Origin: Thermoanaerobaculia bacterium
GTDB lineage: Bacteria > Acidobacteriota > Thermoanaerobaculia > Multivoradales > Multivoraceae
NCBI GenBank assembly: GCA_963664405.1
Contig: OY761158.1
Location: 1,056,001 to 1,120,000, forward strand
Direction: 5' to 3'
Length of the DNA: 64,000 bases
Under the pieces are notes generated by a model that was given only the letters and a program-made list of their open reading frames with translations, did no database searches and was not told the DNA's origin. Position 1 is the first letter of the stretch; each line of letters begins with the position of its first letter. Made by a program: the position numbers and the translations under genes. Of the stretch, positions 28,629-38,890 are shown piece by piece.

Positions 28629-30287
28629 ATGGCCAGACCCATCATCCTCACCGTCGACGACGAAGAACAGGTGCGCAACGCGGTCGATCGCGACCTGAGA
28701 CGGCACTTCCGCGGCGACTTTCGGATCCTCAAGGCAAGCTCGGGCGCCGAGGGGCTCGAGACCCTGCATCGCCTCAAACAGCGAAACGACGCCGTGGCGC
28801 TCTTTCTGGTCGATCAGCGAATGCCCGAGATGAGTGGTACCGAGTTCCTCTCCGAAGCCTGCGAGATCTATCCCGAGGCGCGCAAGGTCCTGCTCACCGC
28901 CTACGCGGATACCGACGCGGCAATCGCGGCCATCAACGAGGTGGGGCTCGACCACTACCTGATGAAGCCTTGGACACCGGCCGAGGAGCACCTCTATCCG
29001 ATCCTCGACGACCTCATCAACGACTGGCAGGCAACCGCTTCGATCCCCTACGAAGGAATCCGAGTAGCCGGAACGCTGTGGTCGGCCAGCTCCCACAGCA
29101 TCAAAGACTTCTTAGCCCGCAGCCAGATCCCCTACCAGTTCCTCGACATCGAGCGAGACGCGGAGGCGCGCGCCCTGGTTGAACAGACCGACAATGAAAG
29201 CTATCGACTGCCGGTGATCTTCTTTCCGGACGGAACGGTGCTGATCGAGCCCAGCTTGACCGAAGTCGCCGAGAAGGCGGGGCTTCAGACGCAGGCCACC
29301 AAGCCTTTCTACGACCTGATCGTGGTCGGCGCCGGTCCGGCGGGTTTGGCTGCGGCTGTCTACGGCTCATCCGAGGGCGTAAACACCCTACTCGTCGAAC
29401 GAGAAACACCAGGAGGCCAAGCGGGAACGAGTGCGAAAATCGAGAACTACCTCGGGTTCCCCAATGGGTTGAGCGGAGCCGACCTCGCCCGGCGAGCCAC
29501 CGCGCAGGCATCCCGTTTCGGCACCGAGATTCTCACCACTCAAGAGGTCTTGAGCATAGATGTTCGTGATCCCTATCGTGTCGTGACGCTTGCCGACGGG
29601 TCCGAGATCGCCTGCCGAGCGTTGGTCATCGCCACCGGGGTCTCGGTCCGTAAGCTCGACGTTCCCGGAGTCGACAAGGTCACAGGCGCCGGCGTTTACT
29701 ATGGGGCCGCGCGAACCGAAGCCGCCAGCTACCAAGGCAAGCACGTCTTCGTCGTCGGAGGAGCGAATTCCGCCGGCCAGGGAGCGGTCTTCTTGTCGCG
29801 ATACGCAGAGCGGGTGTCGATACTGGTTCGCGGCTCCCTCGACAAGAGCATGTCGAGGTATCTGATCGAGCAGATCGAGCGACGCGACAACATCGACGTT
29901 GAGCTGGGAGCCGAGATCGTCGAGGTTCACGGCGGCGACCGCCTCGAAGCGATTACGATTCGCAATCGTGAGACCGGCGAGACTCGAGAGCAGCCGGCAC
30001 CTGCGATATTCGTCTACATCGGTGCGTCACCCCATACCGAGATGCTCGGGGATCTCATCGCAATGAGCCCAACCGGCTTCGTTCTGACCGGGCCGGATCT
30101 CTCGATCGACGGCCAGCGGCCCGCCGGGTGGAAGCTCAAGAGGAATCCCTATCTAATGGAAACCAACGTGCCTGGCATTTTTGCCGCCGGCGACGTGCGC
30201 CACGGAGTCATTCGTCGAGTCGCCTCGGCAGTCGGACAGGGATCGGCAGCCATTAGCTTCGTGCACGAATACTTGAAGACAGTCTAA
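28629..30287 (+). CDS. Receiver domain-thioredoxin reductase-like fusion
   Basis: ILTVDD, DQRMP, YLMKPW receiver; GAGPAG, IENYLGFP, GGANSAG, AAGDVR. Confidence 0.9.
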   Translation: MARPIILTVDDEEQVRNAVDRDLRRHFRGDFRILKASSGAEGLETLHRLKQRNDAVALFLVDQRMPEMSGTEFLSEACEIYPEARKVLLTAYADTDAAIAAINEVGLDHYLMKPWTPAEEHLYPILDDLINDWQATASIPYEGIRVAGTLWSASSHSIKDFLARSQIPYQFLDIERDAEARALVEQTDNESYRLPVIFFPDGTVLIEPSLTEVAEKAGLQTQATKPFYDLIVVGAGPAGLAAAVYGSSEGVNTLLVERETPGGQAGTSAKIENYLGFPNGLSGADLARRATAQASRFGTEILTTQEVLSIDVRDPYRVVTLADGSEIACRALVIATGVSVRKLDVPGVDKVTGAGVYYGAARTEAASYQGKHVFVVGGANSAGQGAVFLSRYAERVSILVRGSLDKSMSRYLIEQIERRDNIDVELGAEIVEVHGGDRLEAITIRNRETGETREQPAPAIFVYIGASPHTEMLGDLIAMSPTGFVLTGPDLSIDGQRPAGWKLKRNPYLMETNVPGIFAAGDVRHGVIRRVASAVGQGSAAISFVHEYLKTV

Positions 30288-30350
30288 GAAGCGAACACCC
30301 ACGAATCGACCCCGTCCGGTCCACATCTGGACCGTGGCACGAGGAGAGCC

Positions 30351-30920
30351 ATGAAACGTAAAACCCAGGTTGAGTATGACGACGCGTCACCCGAGGTTCG
30401 CGCCCTCTACGACGAGATTATGGACACGATGGGCGTACCCACAGTACTCAACTCTCTCAAAGCCCTCGGCCACAATGGGCACGCACTTCGTGCGGTCTGG
30501 TCGATGCTCAAGGAGACGCTGATCGAAGGTGAGATTCCGGCGCTGTTGAAACAGCTGATCCTGTTCAAGATCTCGATCGTCGCCGGCAACGAGTACTGTA
30601 CGGCACTCCACGGCCATGCGGCGTTGAATCTCGACCCCACCCTGACCTACGACGATCTGGTCGCCCTCTCCGGAGGTGCCTGTAGCGCGAATCTCCCGCC
30701 TTCGTTCCCAGTGGCGATCGACATCGTCTTTCGCGCTTCGCTCGAGTCCAAGAGCGTCGAGGATGCGGACTGGGATTTCGAGGATCAGCTCAGAGACGAG
30801 GGCTTCTCAGAGAGCGAGATCGACGAGCTCCTTGCCATAGGGTTCTTGAGCGTTATGTTGAACATGCTTACCGACACCTACGACGTGCCCTGGGAGAATC
30901 CCTTTCCACCTTCGGACTGA
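30351..30920 (+). CDS. AhpD/carboxymuconolactone decarboxylase-like protein
   Basis: LKQLI..ISIVAGNEYCTALHG, LRDEGFSESEI. Confidence 0.75.
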   Translation: MKRKTQVEYDDASPEVRALYDEIMDTMGVPTVLNSLKALGHNGHALRAVWSMLKETLIEGEIPALLKQLILFKISIVAGNEYCTALHGHAALNLDPTLTYDDLVALSGGACSANLPPSFPVAIDIVFRASLESKSVEDADWDFEDQLRDEGFSESEIDELLAIGFLSVMLNMLTDTYDVPWENPFPPSD

Positions 30921-30926
30921 GACTTC

Positions 30927-33900
30927 GTGAGCACGCTCAGACGCATCCTGATCAGCAACCGCGGCGAGATCGCGATAAGGATCGCCAAGGCCGCATCCGC
31001 CCTTGGATTGGACTCGGTCGGCGTCTACGCCCCTGTCGACTCTCTCTCCCTCCACACTCGCTTCACCACGGAGGCCCACAGAATCGGCGGATCGCAGGCT
31101 AAAGACGGAAACTCCGTTGGCGCCTACCTGAACGCCGAAGCGCTCATTGAGACCGCTAAGGCGAGCGGATGTGACGCGGTCCATCCCGGCTATGGTTTCC
31201 TCGCAGAGAACGCCGAATTCGCAGAGCGATGCGCCTCGGCAGGCCTGACCTTCATCGGGCCACTACCAGCGGCGCTCCGCCTCTTCGGCGACAAAGTTCG
31301 AGCCCGCATGCTCGCGCAATCGCTCGGCATTCCGGTCGTCACGGGAAGCGATCAGGCCCTGACATCGGCAAGCGAGGCCGCCGACCTCGGGCGCGAGCTT
31401 GGTTACCCGGTCATGCTCAAGGCGTCGGCTGGTGGAGGTGGCCGCGGAATGCGCGAGGTGGCCAGGGCCGAAGAGATGGCCGAGGCCTTCGAGCGCTGTC
31501 GCAGCGAAGCGGAGGCTGCTTTCGGAAACGGCGCTCTGTTCGTGGAGAAGCTCATCGCTCGGCCCCGCCACATCGAGGTGCAGATCCTGGCGGACTCACT
31601 GGGTAACGTGATCCACCTTCACGAACGGGACTGTTCGATTCAGCTACGAAACCAGAAGGTCGTTGAAGTGGCCCCGGCGCCGGAGCTCGAGACCGGCCTC
31701 CGAGAGAAGATCCTGGCCGACGCGATCAAGCTCGTCCAGGCCGCAGACTACGCCAATGCAGGAACCGTCGAGTTCCTCGTCTCTCCTGAAACCGGCGAGC
31801 ACTTCTTCATCGAGTGCAACCCGCGGATCCAGGTCGAGCACACAGTCACCGAGCAGGTCACCGGCATCGACATCGTCGAGGCGCAGATCCAAATCGCGTC
31901 AGGAGCCTCACTGGCGTCCTTGGGCCTCGGCGACCAGCATTCCGTAGGCGACCCGCTGGGCTTCGCCGTGCAGGCCAGAGTCGTCGCTCGAGGTCCCGGC
32001 ACCATATCGGCCTACAAGGAGCCGTCCGGGCCGGGAGTGAGAGTCGACGCCTGTGCCTACCTCGGCTACACTCCGCCGCCTCAGTTCGACCCCCTGCTCG
32101 CCAAGGTAATCGGCTCGTCTTACTCGCGGATCGGCTCGGCGGACTCATCGTCATCTTTCACCTCGGCCATCGATCGGACCCTCCGCGCGCTTGGGGAGTT
32201 TCATCTCGGGGGCCTGCCGACCAATCTGCCGCAACTACGAGCCATCCTCTCTCACCCCACCGTGCGCGCCGGCGACGCCAGGACCTCCTTGCTCGCGGAG
32301 GATCCTGAGATGCTGGATGCCCCCTCGTCTTCCCCCGGCAACGGCTCCAACCCTGGAAGCGCCGCGTTGGACCTGCTCGAGCAGCAGGCACCCGCTCAGA
32401 AAACGGGAGTAGGTGGGAGCCCCGCATCTAGTCCCCAGCCCTCGCTCCCACCCCTGAAGGCGGAGCCAGGCCAGCGTGCCGTGTGCTGCCCTCTGGAGGG
32501 CTCGGTGGTGGAGCTTCGAGTGAGTCGAGGCGACGCCGTCGCCGCGGGCGACACCGTGCTCGTGGTCACTGCCATGAAGATGGAGACCGATGTAGCGGCG
32601 CCCTGCTCCGGGGTCGTGGCCGCGGTCCAAGCTCTCATGCCAGGCGACTTCGTCGCAGCCGAACAAGTAGTCGCAGTGGTTACGCCGGCCGAGGATGCTG
32701 AAGAGGTCTCACCAAAACAAGAGGACCAGACCTGGGCCCCGGTCTTGGAAGAAGTCCGTACCCTGCAAGAGATCGCGCACGCTCGCCTGGCCCCGGGCTC
32801 GGAAGACCCCGGGGTCGTTCGGCAGCGGAGTCGAGGCAAGCTCACCTGTCGGGAGCGCATAGCGTTACTGCTCGACGAGGGTTCCTTCCGCGAGGTCGGA
32901 AGCGCCGCCGGCTTCCCCTCCTATGACGAAGAAGGCCGCGTCATCGCCTTCACCGCCGCAAGTCATGTCGGCGGTTGGGGCAAGATCGACGGCCGCACCG
33001 CCGTACTATGCGCGGACGACTTCACCTCCCGTGGCGGCCACTCGGACGGAGCGATCGGCGCCAAGAGCTCCTATCTCGATCGTCTCTCGCTGGAGCTCCG
33101 CGCCCCCACTGTCCGCCTGCTCGACGGGTCGTCGGGTGGCGGCAGCGTGGCGAGCATGGTGCCGAAACAGGAGACCGAGGGCGAGAGCAGCGCAAAGGAG
33201 AGCTCGGGTGCGATCAAGGCAGGCCGACCACGGGTCGCCGGCGGCGGCGGATCGTTCCTGCCTCCTCACCTCGGCAGCACCTACTACGCCGAGCACCTCT
33301 CGACCGTGCCTGTCGTCAACATGTTACTCGGTAGCGTGGTCGGCATCGGCGCCGCCAAGGCGGTGCTCGGACACTTCTCGGTCATGGTGCGTGACATCGC
33401 ACAACTCTTCGTGGCGGGGCCGCCAGTGGTCACCCACGCCATGGGCTACGACATCACCAAAGAAGACCTCGGAGACTGGCGCATCCACTGCCGCAACGGC
33501 TCGGTCGACAATCTCGCCGAGACCGAAGTCGAGGCGACCGCGATGGCCAAGCGATTCCTTTCCTATCTGCCATCGAGCGTCTACGAGGCGCCCCCGGTTC
33601 TGCCTCCGACGGCGAGTGACCCGCCCGAGCGCCGCGAGGAAGAGCTCTTCACTCTGATCCCGCGCAAGCGCACCACGACCTTCGACATACGGAAGGCGAT
33701 CCGCTTGTTGGCGGATGCCGATTCCTTCTTCGAGATCGGCTCGCTGTGGGGAACCGACCAGGTAACCGGTCTGGTGAGATTCAACGGCCACCCTCTGGGA
33801 GTGGTCGCCTCCGACAGCCGCCACGCCAACGGCGGTGCGCTGACCGCGGACGGCTGCGGCAAGCTCATCCGCCTACTCGACATCTGCGACCTCTTCCACA

Positions 33901-34391
33901 TCCCGGTTCTCAATCTGGTCGACAGCCCCGGCTTCGCCGTCGGCTTGGAGCACGAGATCGCCGGCACCATTCGGCGCGGCGGCGAGTGGATGATCGCCTT
34001 CGCCCAGGTCGGAGTGCCGATCTTCACCGTACTGATGCGCCGAAGCTTCGGCGTCGCGGGAAACAACTTCGCGGCACCCCAGGCGCAGCCGTCGGTTCGG
34101 GTGACCTGGCCCGCCGCTGACGTTGGCGGCATTCCCCCCGAGGGTGGCATCGAAGCGGCGTACAAGCGTCAGCTGGCCGAATCGGACGACCCCGAGGCGC
34201 TGCGGGCGGAGCTGATGGAGCGTATCGAGAGCGCGCGCGGACCGGTTGGCCCGCTGTCGCGCTTTCAGATCGAAGAGATGATCGACCCCAGAGACACGCG
34301 ACGCTTTATCTGCGAGTGGGTGAGCACGGCCTACAAAGTGATCGCTCAACCGGCGCGCTTGGTTCCACGAGCGCTGAAGTTCAGGCCTTAG
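30927..34391 (+). CDS. Single-chain acyl-CoA carboxylase (BC-BCCP-CT)
   Basis: NRGEIA, HPGYGFLAEN, ECNPRIQVEH; AMKM biotin site; carboxyltransferase ending IDPRDTR. Confidence 0.9.
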   Translation: MSTLRRILISNRGEIAIRIAKAASALGLDSVGVYAPVDSLSLHTRFTTEAHRIGGSQAKDGNSVGAYLNAEALIETAKASGCDAVHPGYGFLAENAEFAERCASAGLTFIGPLPAALRLFGDKVRARMLAQSLGIPVVTGSDQALTSASEAADLGRELGYPVMLKASAGGGGRGMREVARAEEMAEAFERCRSEAEAAFGNGALFVEKLIARPRHIEVQILADSLGNVIHLHERDCSIQLRNQKVVEVAPAPELETGLREKILADAIKLVQAADYANAGTVEFLVSPETGEHFFIECNPRIQVEHTVTEQVTGIDIVEAQIQIASGASLASLGLGDQHSVGDPLGFAVQARVVARGPGTISAYKEPSGPGVRVDACAYLGYTPPPQFDPLLAKVIGSSYSRIGSADSSSSFTSAIDRTLRALGEFHLGGLPTNLPQLRAILSHPTVRAGDARTSLLAEDPEMLDAPSSSPGNGSNPGSAALDLLEQQAPAQKTGVGGSPASSPQPSLPPLKAEPGQRAVCCPLEGSVVELRVSRGDAVAAGDTVLVVTAMKMETDVAAPCSGVVAAVQALMPGDFVAAEQVVAVVTPAEDAEEVSPKQEDQTWAPVLEEVRTLQEIAHARLAPGSEDPGVVRQRSRGKLTCRERIALLLDEGSFREVGSAAGFPSYDEEGRVIAFTAASHVGGWGKIDGRTAVLCADDFTSRGGHSDGAIGAKSSYLDRLSLELRAPTVRLLDGSSGGGSVASMVPKQETEGESSAKESSGAIKAGRPRVAGGGGSFLPPHLGSTYYAEHLSTVPVVNMLLGSVVGIGAAKAVLGHFSVMVRDIAQLFVAGPPVVTHAMGYDITKEDLGDWRIHCRNGSVDNLAETEVEATAMAKRFLSYLPSSVYEAPPVLPPTASDPPERREEELFTLIPRKRTTTFDIRKAIRLLADADSFFEIGSLWGTDQVTGLVRFNGHPLGVVASDSRHANGGALTADGCGKLIRLLDICDLFHIPVLNLVDSPGFAVGLEHEIAGTIRRGGEWMIAFAQVGVPIFTVLMRRSFGVAGNNFAAPQAQPSVRVTWPAADVGGIPPEGGIEAAYKRQLAESDDPEALRAELMERIESARGPVGPLSRFQIEEMIDPRDTRRFICEWVSTAYKVIAQPARLVPRALKFRP

Positions 34392-34554
34392 ACGCAGGCC
34401 GTCGTGGTCATCGAAGGTCGGAGAGCGCAATGTCAAGGCTTCACCTCGGGTCAACCTGGGCAAGCCACCTTCGTGGACACCGCTAGGGGCTGCACGCCGA
34501 CGGCGCGCGGCGTTGGGACATCTTCGAGCTACTCTGCGCTACACTTCGCGCCTT

Positions 34555-34947
34555 ATGATCATCCTTCGCGCCATCCGAGAGGTGCTCGGCCGTATCCTCA
34601 TCTTCTTCGACTGGATCACTCGCCCTGAGAAGGCTTCACGCTCAGCCACTGAGCTCGCGCAGCTGTCGAAGGAGACGAGCAACCTGTCGATCTACCAGTT
34701 CTACGCCTGCCCTTTCTGCTTGAAGACGCGACGTGCACTTCATCGCCTCAACCTTCCGATCGAGCTGCGTGACGCGCAGAAGGAAGGCGAGCACCGCACG
34801 GCTCTGCTCGAGGGCGGGGGTCGGGTGAAGGTGCCATGCCTTCGTATCGACGGTGCCGACGGTGAGGGCAGTCAGCAGTGGCTCTACCAATCGAAGGAGA
34901 TCATCTCGTATCTGGAACAGCGCTTCGGAGCACCTGCCCAGGTCTAG
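34555..34947 (+). CDS. Glutaredoxin-like protein
   Basis: YQFYACPFC, KVPCLRI. Confidence 0.85.
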   Translation: MIILRAIREVLGRILIFFDWITRPEKASRSATELAQLSKETSNLSIYQFYACPFCLKTRRALHRLNLPIELRDAQKEGEHRTALLEGGGRVKVPCLRIDGADGEGSQQWLYQSKEIISYLEQRFGAPAQV

Positions 34948-35700
34948 TAGGACTCAATCGAGTTGACGAAATCGAAACCCTCTTTCGCCATGACCAGGCG
35001 ATGGCGTTCACCGGTAGCATCGGCATCGGACTGCTCATAACCGGCATCACCCGTCCACATACACACGCGCACGCCATCGTCGCGTACCCCGACGTGCGTA
35101 TGGTAGAACTTGGGCTTCCGCGACCGGAACTGCTCGAGCACGGCTGCGGTCGGGCTATAGCGTGAAAGGTGGTAGAGAGTCACCCATGTCGGTGGCGCGA
35201 GGTCGATCTCCCCCGCCCGGTGGCTATCGAGAGCCTTCGCCGGGGCTATCCACGAATGGTCGTCGATCTCGCCACCATCGATTTCGACCGCGTGCTCGCT
35301 TGCCTCTGCCGCGAAGAACCAGGTCGAAAACCGCTTGGGGGTCGATGTCGGTGGCTGCCAATGGGCGAACCAAACAAAGTCATCGGGGAGAGCTTGGATA
35401 CCGGCCTCCTCATGGGTCTCTCTGGCCGCAGCCGTTCGAGCCGCGGTCTCGAGGTCGCGGTCCTGGGGATAGTCTTCGCCGTCGATTCGCCCCCCGGGGA
35501 ACACCCACATACCGCCGAAATGGATTTTCGAAGTCTTGCGCAACATCAACACCTCAGGGCCCGAGACGGCGTCACGTGTCAACGGCGCTTAAGAAGCGCG
35601 CGATCCCGGCTTTCTGACCGCGTTTCCTGCTGAGAGTCTCTTCAGCATCATCGTCGCGCGCGAGCGCGCGAGCAGCGTGGCAGGTGGGAGTATGGGGAGA

Positions 35701-35766
35701 CCGGCGGGGGCGACTCCAAGCAAGGTGACCGCCCACCGCCGGAAGGCCTGGGGTATGACGCCCCAG
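35701..35766 (+). ncRNA. Candidate structured leader inside the IS21 left end
   Basis: CCGGCGG/CCGCCGG with nested GGGCG/CGCCC, then CTGGGG/CCCCAG hairpin. Confidence 0.35.
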
Positions 35767-35789
35767 AAGAGGGAGTATTCCGCCTGCGG

Positions 35790-36314
35790 GTGGCGAAGTC
35801 CAGGCCGAAGGAGGCCTGGGCCGTGCGCCGCCGTCCCGATTGTCGCCGTTTCGTTTGCGATCGTTGCCGGCAAGCTGTCTACATTTGCTCTTGGTGCGAT
35901 CGCGGCCATCGTTATTGCACGCCGGAGTGCCGGGATGAGGCTCGGCGCCACAGCCTTCGCGGGGCCGGGCGTCGCTATCAGCAGACGCCGCGAGGGCGCC
36001 GCTTGCATGCTCGTCGTCAGCAGGCCTATCGAGATCGCAAGCAGCAAGGCTCAAAGAAAGTGACGCATCACAGTTGCCGCACCGGGGGCTGCCCTGCGAC
36101 GGTGGCGTCATGGCCCACCGCGCCGCTTCCGTTGTTTTTGCAAGGCTTGTCCGTTGGAGGTCGGAACGAGGAGCTTCTCTGCAGGCTGTGCCGCCATCCT
36201 TGCGAGCCGATTGTCCGCCACGACTTCTTGCGATCGCGCCGAGTACGCCCGGTGCGCAGGCGGGCGCGGGATGATCTCTCCCGAGCTCGCCGCCGAGATC
36301 CGCCGTCTCTATGA
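35790..36314 (+). CDS. IS-borne Cys-rich, basic putative zinc-finger protein
   Basis: CDRC..ICSWCDRGHRYCTPEC and CRLCRHPC; overlaps istA start; start uncertain. Confidence 0.65.
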   Translation: MAKSRPKEAWAVRRRPDCRRFVCDRCRQAVYICSWCDRGHRYCTPECRDEARRHSLRGAGRRYQQTPRGRRLHARRQQAYRDRKQQGSKKVTHHSCRTGGCPATVASWPTAPLPLFLQGLSVGGRNEELLCRLCRHPCEPIVRHDFLRSRRVRPVRRRARDDLSRARRRDPPSL

Positions 36315-37770
36315 GTCGGAGGGCTGGCGGCGCAACACGATCGCCCGCCATCTGGGAATCCATCACTCGACGGTCACTCGAGTCCTTCGACGCGAAGGGC
36401 TGAGCCGGCCTCGATCGCCGCGACGAGCGTCCATGGTCGATCGCTTCGTCCCCTTCATCCAGGAAGTCTTTGAGCGCTACCCGGAGCTGCCGGCGAGCGT
36501 GCTCTACGAGATGGTCAAGAAGCGTGACTATCCCGGTGGGGAGGATCACTTCCGCCACTGCATTGCCGAGCTCGGCCTGCGCCCCCGCAAGGCGCCTGAG
36601 GCTTTCTTTGTGCTCCGTACGCTTGCCGGCGAACAGGCCCAGGTGGACTGGGCTCACTTCGGCACCCGAAAGGTCGATGGCGGAGAGCGCCGTCTCTACG
36701 CCTTCGTCATGGTGCTGAGCTACTCGCGAGCTCTCTTTCTGCACTTCTTCTACGACGCTCGTCTGCCGAGCTTCCTGACCGGGCATGTCCTCGCCTTCTC
36801 CTTCTTTGAGGGTCTGGCCAAGATCCACCTCTACGACAATCTGCGCAGCGCTGTGCTCGAGCGGCGCCGCAGCGCCATTCGCTTTCATCCACGGCTTCTC
36901 GAGCTCGCCGACTTCTACGGCTTTGATCCAAGACCCGTTGCTCCCAGACGAGGAAATGAAAAAGGTCGCGTCGAACGAGCCATTCGTTTTGTCAGAACTT
37001 CCTTCTTTCCGCTGCGTCGCACCTGGGACAGAGAAGCGCTGAACCGGGACGCTCTGGAGTGGTGTCGCGACCGAGCGATGAAGCGCCCGTGGCCCCAGGA
37101 CCGGCGTCGCACCGTCGAGCAGGCCTATCTCGAGGAGCGCTCTCATCTCGTGAGCCTTCCGGCGCAGCCTTTCCCCTGCCACGAATGGGTCGAGCGGATC
37201 ACGCGGCGCACTCCTTACCTGAGCTTCGATGCGAATCGCTACTCGATCCCGCATGATCGCATCGCCCGCTCGCTACAGATCGCCGCAGACCCGGAGCGTG
37301 TGCGCATCTTCGATCGCGAGCAGCTCATCGCCGAGCACACAAGGTCCTGGGACAAGGGCCAGATCATCGAAGACCCCCGTCACCTAGAAGAGCTGGAACG
37401 ACAGAAACGCGAGGCACGTACACAGCGCGGCCAGGACTACCTGCTGCGTACGGTGCCCCAGGCCGAAGAGCTCCTGCGGGAGCTGGCCCGACGGCAGAGA
37501 CGACTCTCGAGTGCCGTCGCCAGACTCCTCGAGCTCCTTGCCGAGAGTGGACCCAGGGAGCTTGCAGTGGCGATCGACGAGGCCCTCGAAAAAGGATCCC
37601 CGCATCCCGAAGCGGTGCGACTCATCCTCGATCGTCGGCGCCACGAGCGGGGACTCCTACCCGCGCTGCCTGTCCAGCTCCCCGACGATCCCAGGATCCG
37701 GGAGCTCACGGTCACTCCCCATGCACTGGCCGACTACGACAACCCCAACGACGAGGAGGACGACGAATGA
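36271..37770 (+). CDS. istA: IS21 transposase IstA
   Basis: HTH; QAQVDWAHF, YDNLRSAV, NEKGRVER DDE; FDANRYSIP. Confidence 0.93.
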   Translation: MISPELAAEIRRLYESEGWRRNTIARHLGIHHSTVTRVLRREGLSRPRSPRRASMVDRFVPFIQEVFERYPELPASVLYEMVKKRDYPGGEDHFRHCIAELGLRPRKAPEAFFVLRTLAGEQAQVDWAHFGTRKVDGGERRLYAFVMVLSYSRALFLHFFYDARLPSFLTGHVLAFSFFEGLAKIHLYDNLRSAVLERRRSAIRFHPRLLELADFYGFDPRPVAPRRGNEKGRVERAIRFVRTSFFPLRRTWDREALNRDALEWCRDRAMKRPWPQDRRRTVEQAYLEERSHLVSLPAQPFPCHEWVERITRRTPYLSFDANRYSIPHDRIARSLQIAADPERVRIFDREQLIAEHTRSWDKGQIIEDPRHLEELERQKREARTQRGQDYLLRTVPQAEELLRELARRQRRLSSAVARLLELLAESGPRELAVAIDEALEKGSPHPEAVRLILDRRRHERGLLPALPVQLPDDPRIRELTVTPHALADYDNPNDEEDDE

Positions 37771-38540
37771 ACAACACCGACCAAGAGCGTGCCACAGCCC
37801 TGAAACTCCATGGCCTCCTAGCCCACTGGGATGAGGTCGCCAACCAACCCTGGCTCCCCGACCTGCTCGACTGGGAAGAGCAGGAGCGAGCCCGTCGCGG
37901 ACTGGAGCGACGCCTGGGTCGGGCCCGGCTCGGCACCTTCAAGCCGCTGGCCGACTTCGACTGGAATTGGCCCAAGAAGATCGACCGCGAGCAGATCGAA
38001 GATCTCTTTCGGCTCGAGTGGCTCGCCCGAGGGCACAACGCTGTCTTGATAGGGCCAAACGGCATCGGCAAGACGCTCATTGCCAAGAATCTCGCCCATC
38101 AAGCCGTACTACGTGGAGCCACCGCCCGATTCCTCACCGCCTCGGAGCTGCTCAACACCCTCGCCGAACAAGACTCCTCGACCAGCCTTCAGCGCAAGCT
38201 CGCGCTCTTTGCGCGCCCATCCCTGCTCTGCATTGACGAGCTCGGATATCTGTCCTACGACACGCGCCACGCCGATCTACTTTTCGAGGTCGTTTCCCGC
38301 AGGTACGAAAATAAGTCCCTTCTCATCACCACAAACAAGTCCTTTGGAGAATGGGGAGAGGTCTTCCCCAACGCTACTACCGTCGTCACCATCGTCGATC
38401 GCCTCGTCCATCGCTGCGAGCTCGTCAACATCGAGGGCGATTCCTATCGGCTCAAGGAGTCCAAGGAGCACGCCAAGAAGCGCGCTTCGGCCCGCCGAAG
38501 CGGCACTCGCCCTCGACGGCGCAGTGCGAAGACCTCGTGA
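37767..38540 (+). CDS. istB: IS21 helper ATPase IstB
   Basis: GPNGIGKT, LCIDELGY, DRLVH, GDSYR. Confidence 0.95.
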   Translation: MNNTDQERATALKLHGLLAHWDEVANQPWLPDLLDWEEQERARRGLERRLGRARLGTFKPLADFDWNWPKKIDREQIEDLFRLEWLARGHNAVLIGPNGIGKTLIAKNLAHQAVLRGATARFLTASELLNTLAEQDSSTSLQRKLALFARPSLLCIDELGYLSYDTRHADLLFEVVSRRYENKSLLITTNKSFGEWGEVFPNATTVVTIVDRLVHRCELVNIEGDSYRLKESKEHAKKRASARRSGTRPRRRSAKTS

Positions 38541-38890
38541 TCCGACAGGAGTATCGCGCCGAGCTCATCCGCCTCTACCTCGACGCTCCTAAAACCCCGC
38601 CTAGACCTCGGCGCCGAGACTGGGCCATCGCCGACAAGCTCTATCAAGCCAACGTCCCCCTCGAAGAGCTTGCCCATGCCATTCGACTCGCCACCTTGCG
38701 ACGGCGCCTCAGCACCGATCCGCTGCCGCAGATTCACTCACTTGCCTACTACCGCTCCGTACATCGAGCCCTGACCAACGACGAGCTCGACCCTCAATAC
38801 GTCCGCTACATCCTCCTTCGGCACCGGTCCCTTCTCGAGGAGGATGAAACCAAAAGCGCCACTACACAGCCGGAATCCCGCACTTTATGA
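38537..38890 (+). CDS. IS-borne hypothetical protein (117 aa) coupled to istB
   Basis: GTGA overlap; YLDAPKTP..R..D..A..L, IHSLAYY; stop lies in the right IR. Confidence 0.65.
   Translation: MIRQEYRAELIRLYLDAPKTPPRPRRRDWAIADKLYQANVPLEELAHAIRLATLRRRLSTDPLPQIHSLAYYRSVHRALTNDELDPQYVRYILLRHRSLLEEDETKSATTQPESRTL

Noticed and set aside
35572-37254. 560-aa minus-strand ORF in the IS21
   Set aside because: Antisense to istA; no recognisable domain
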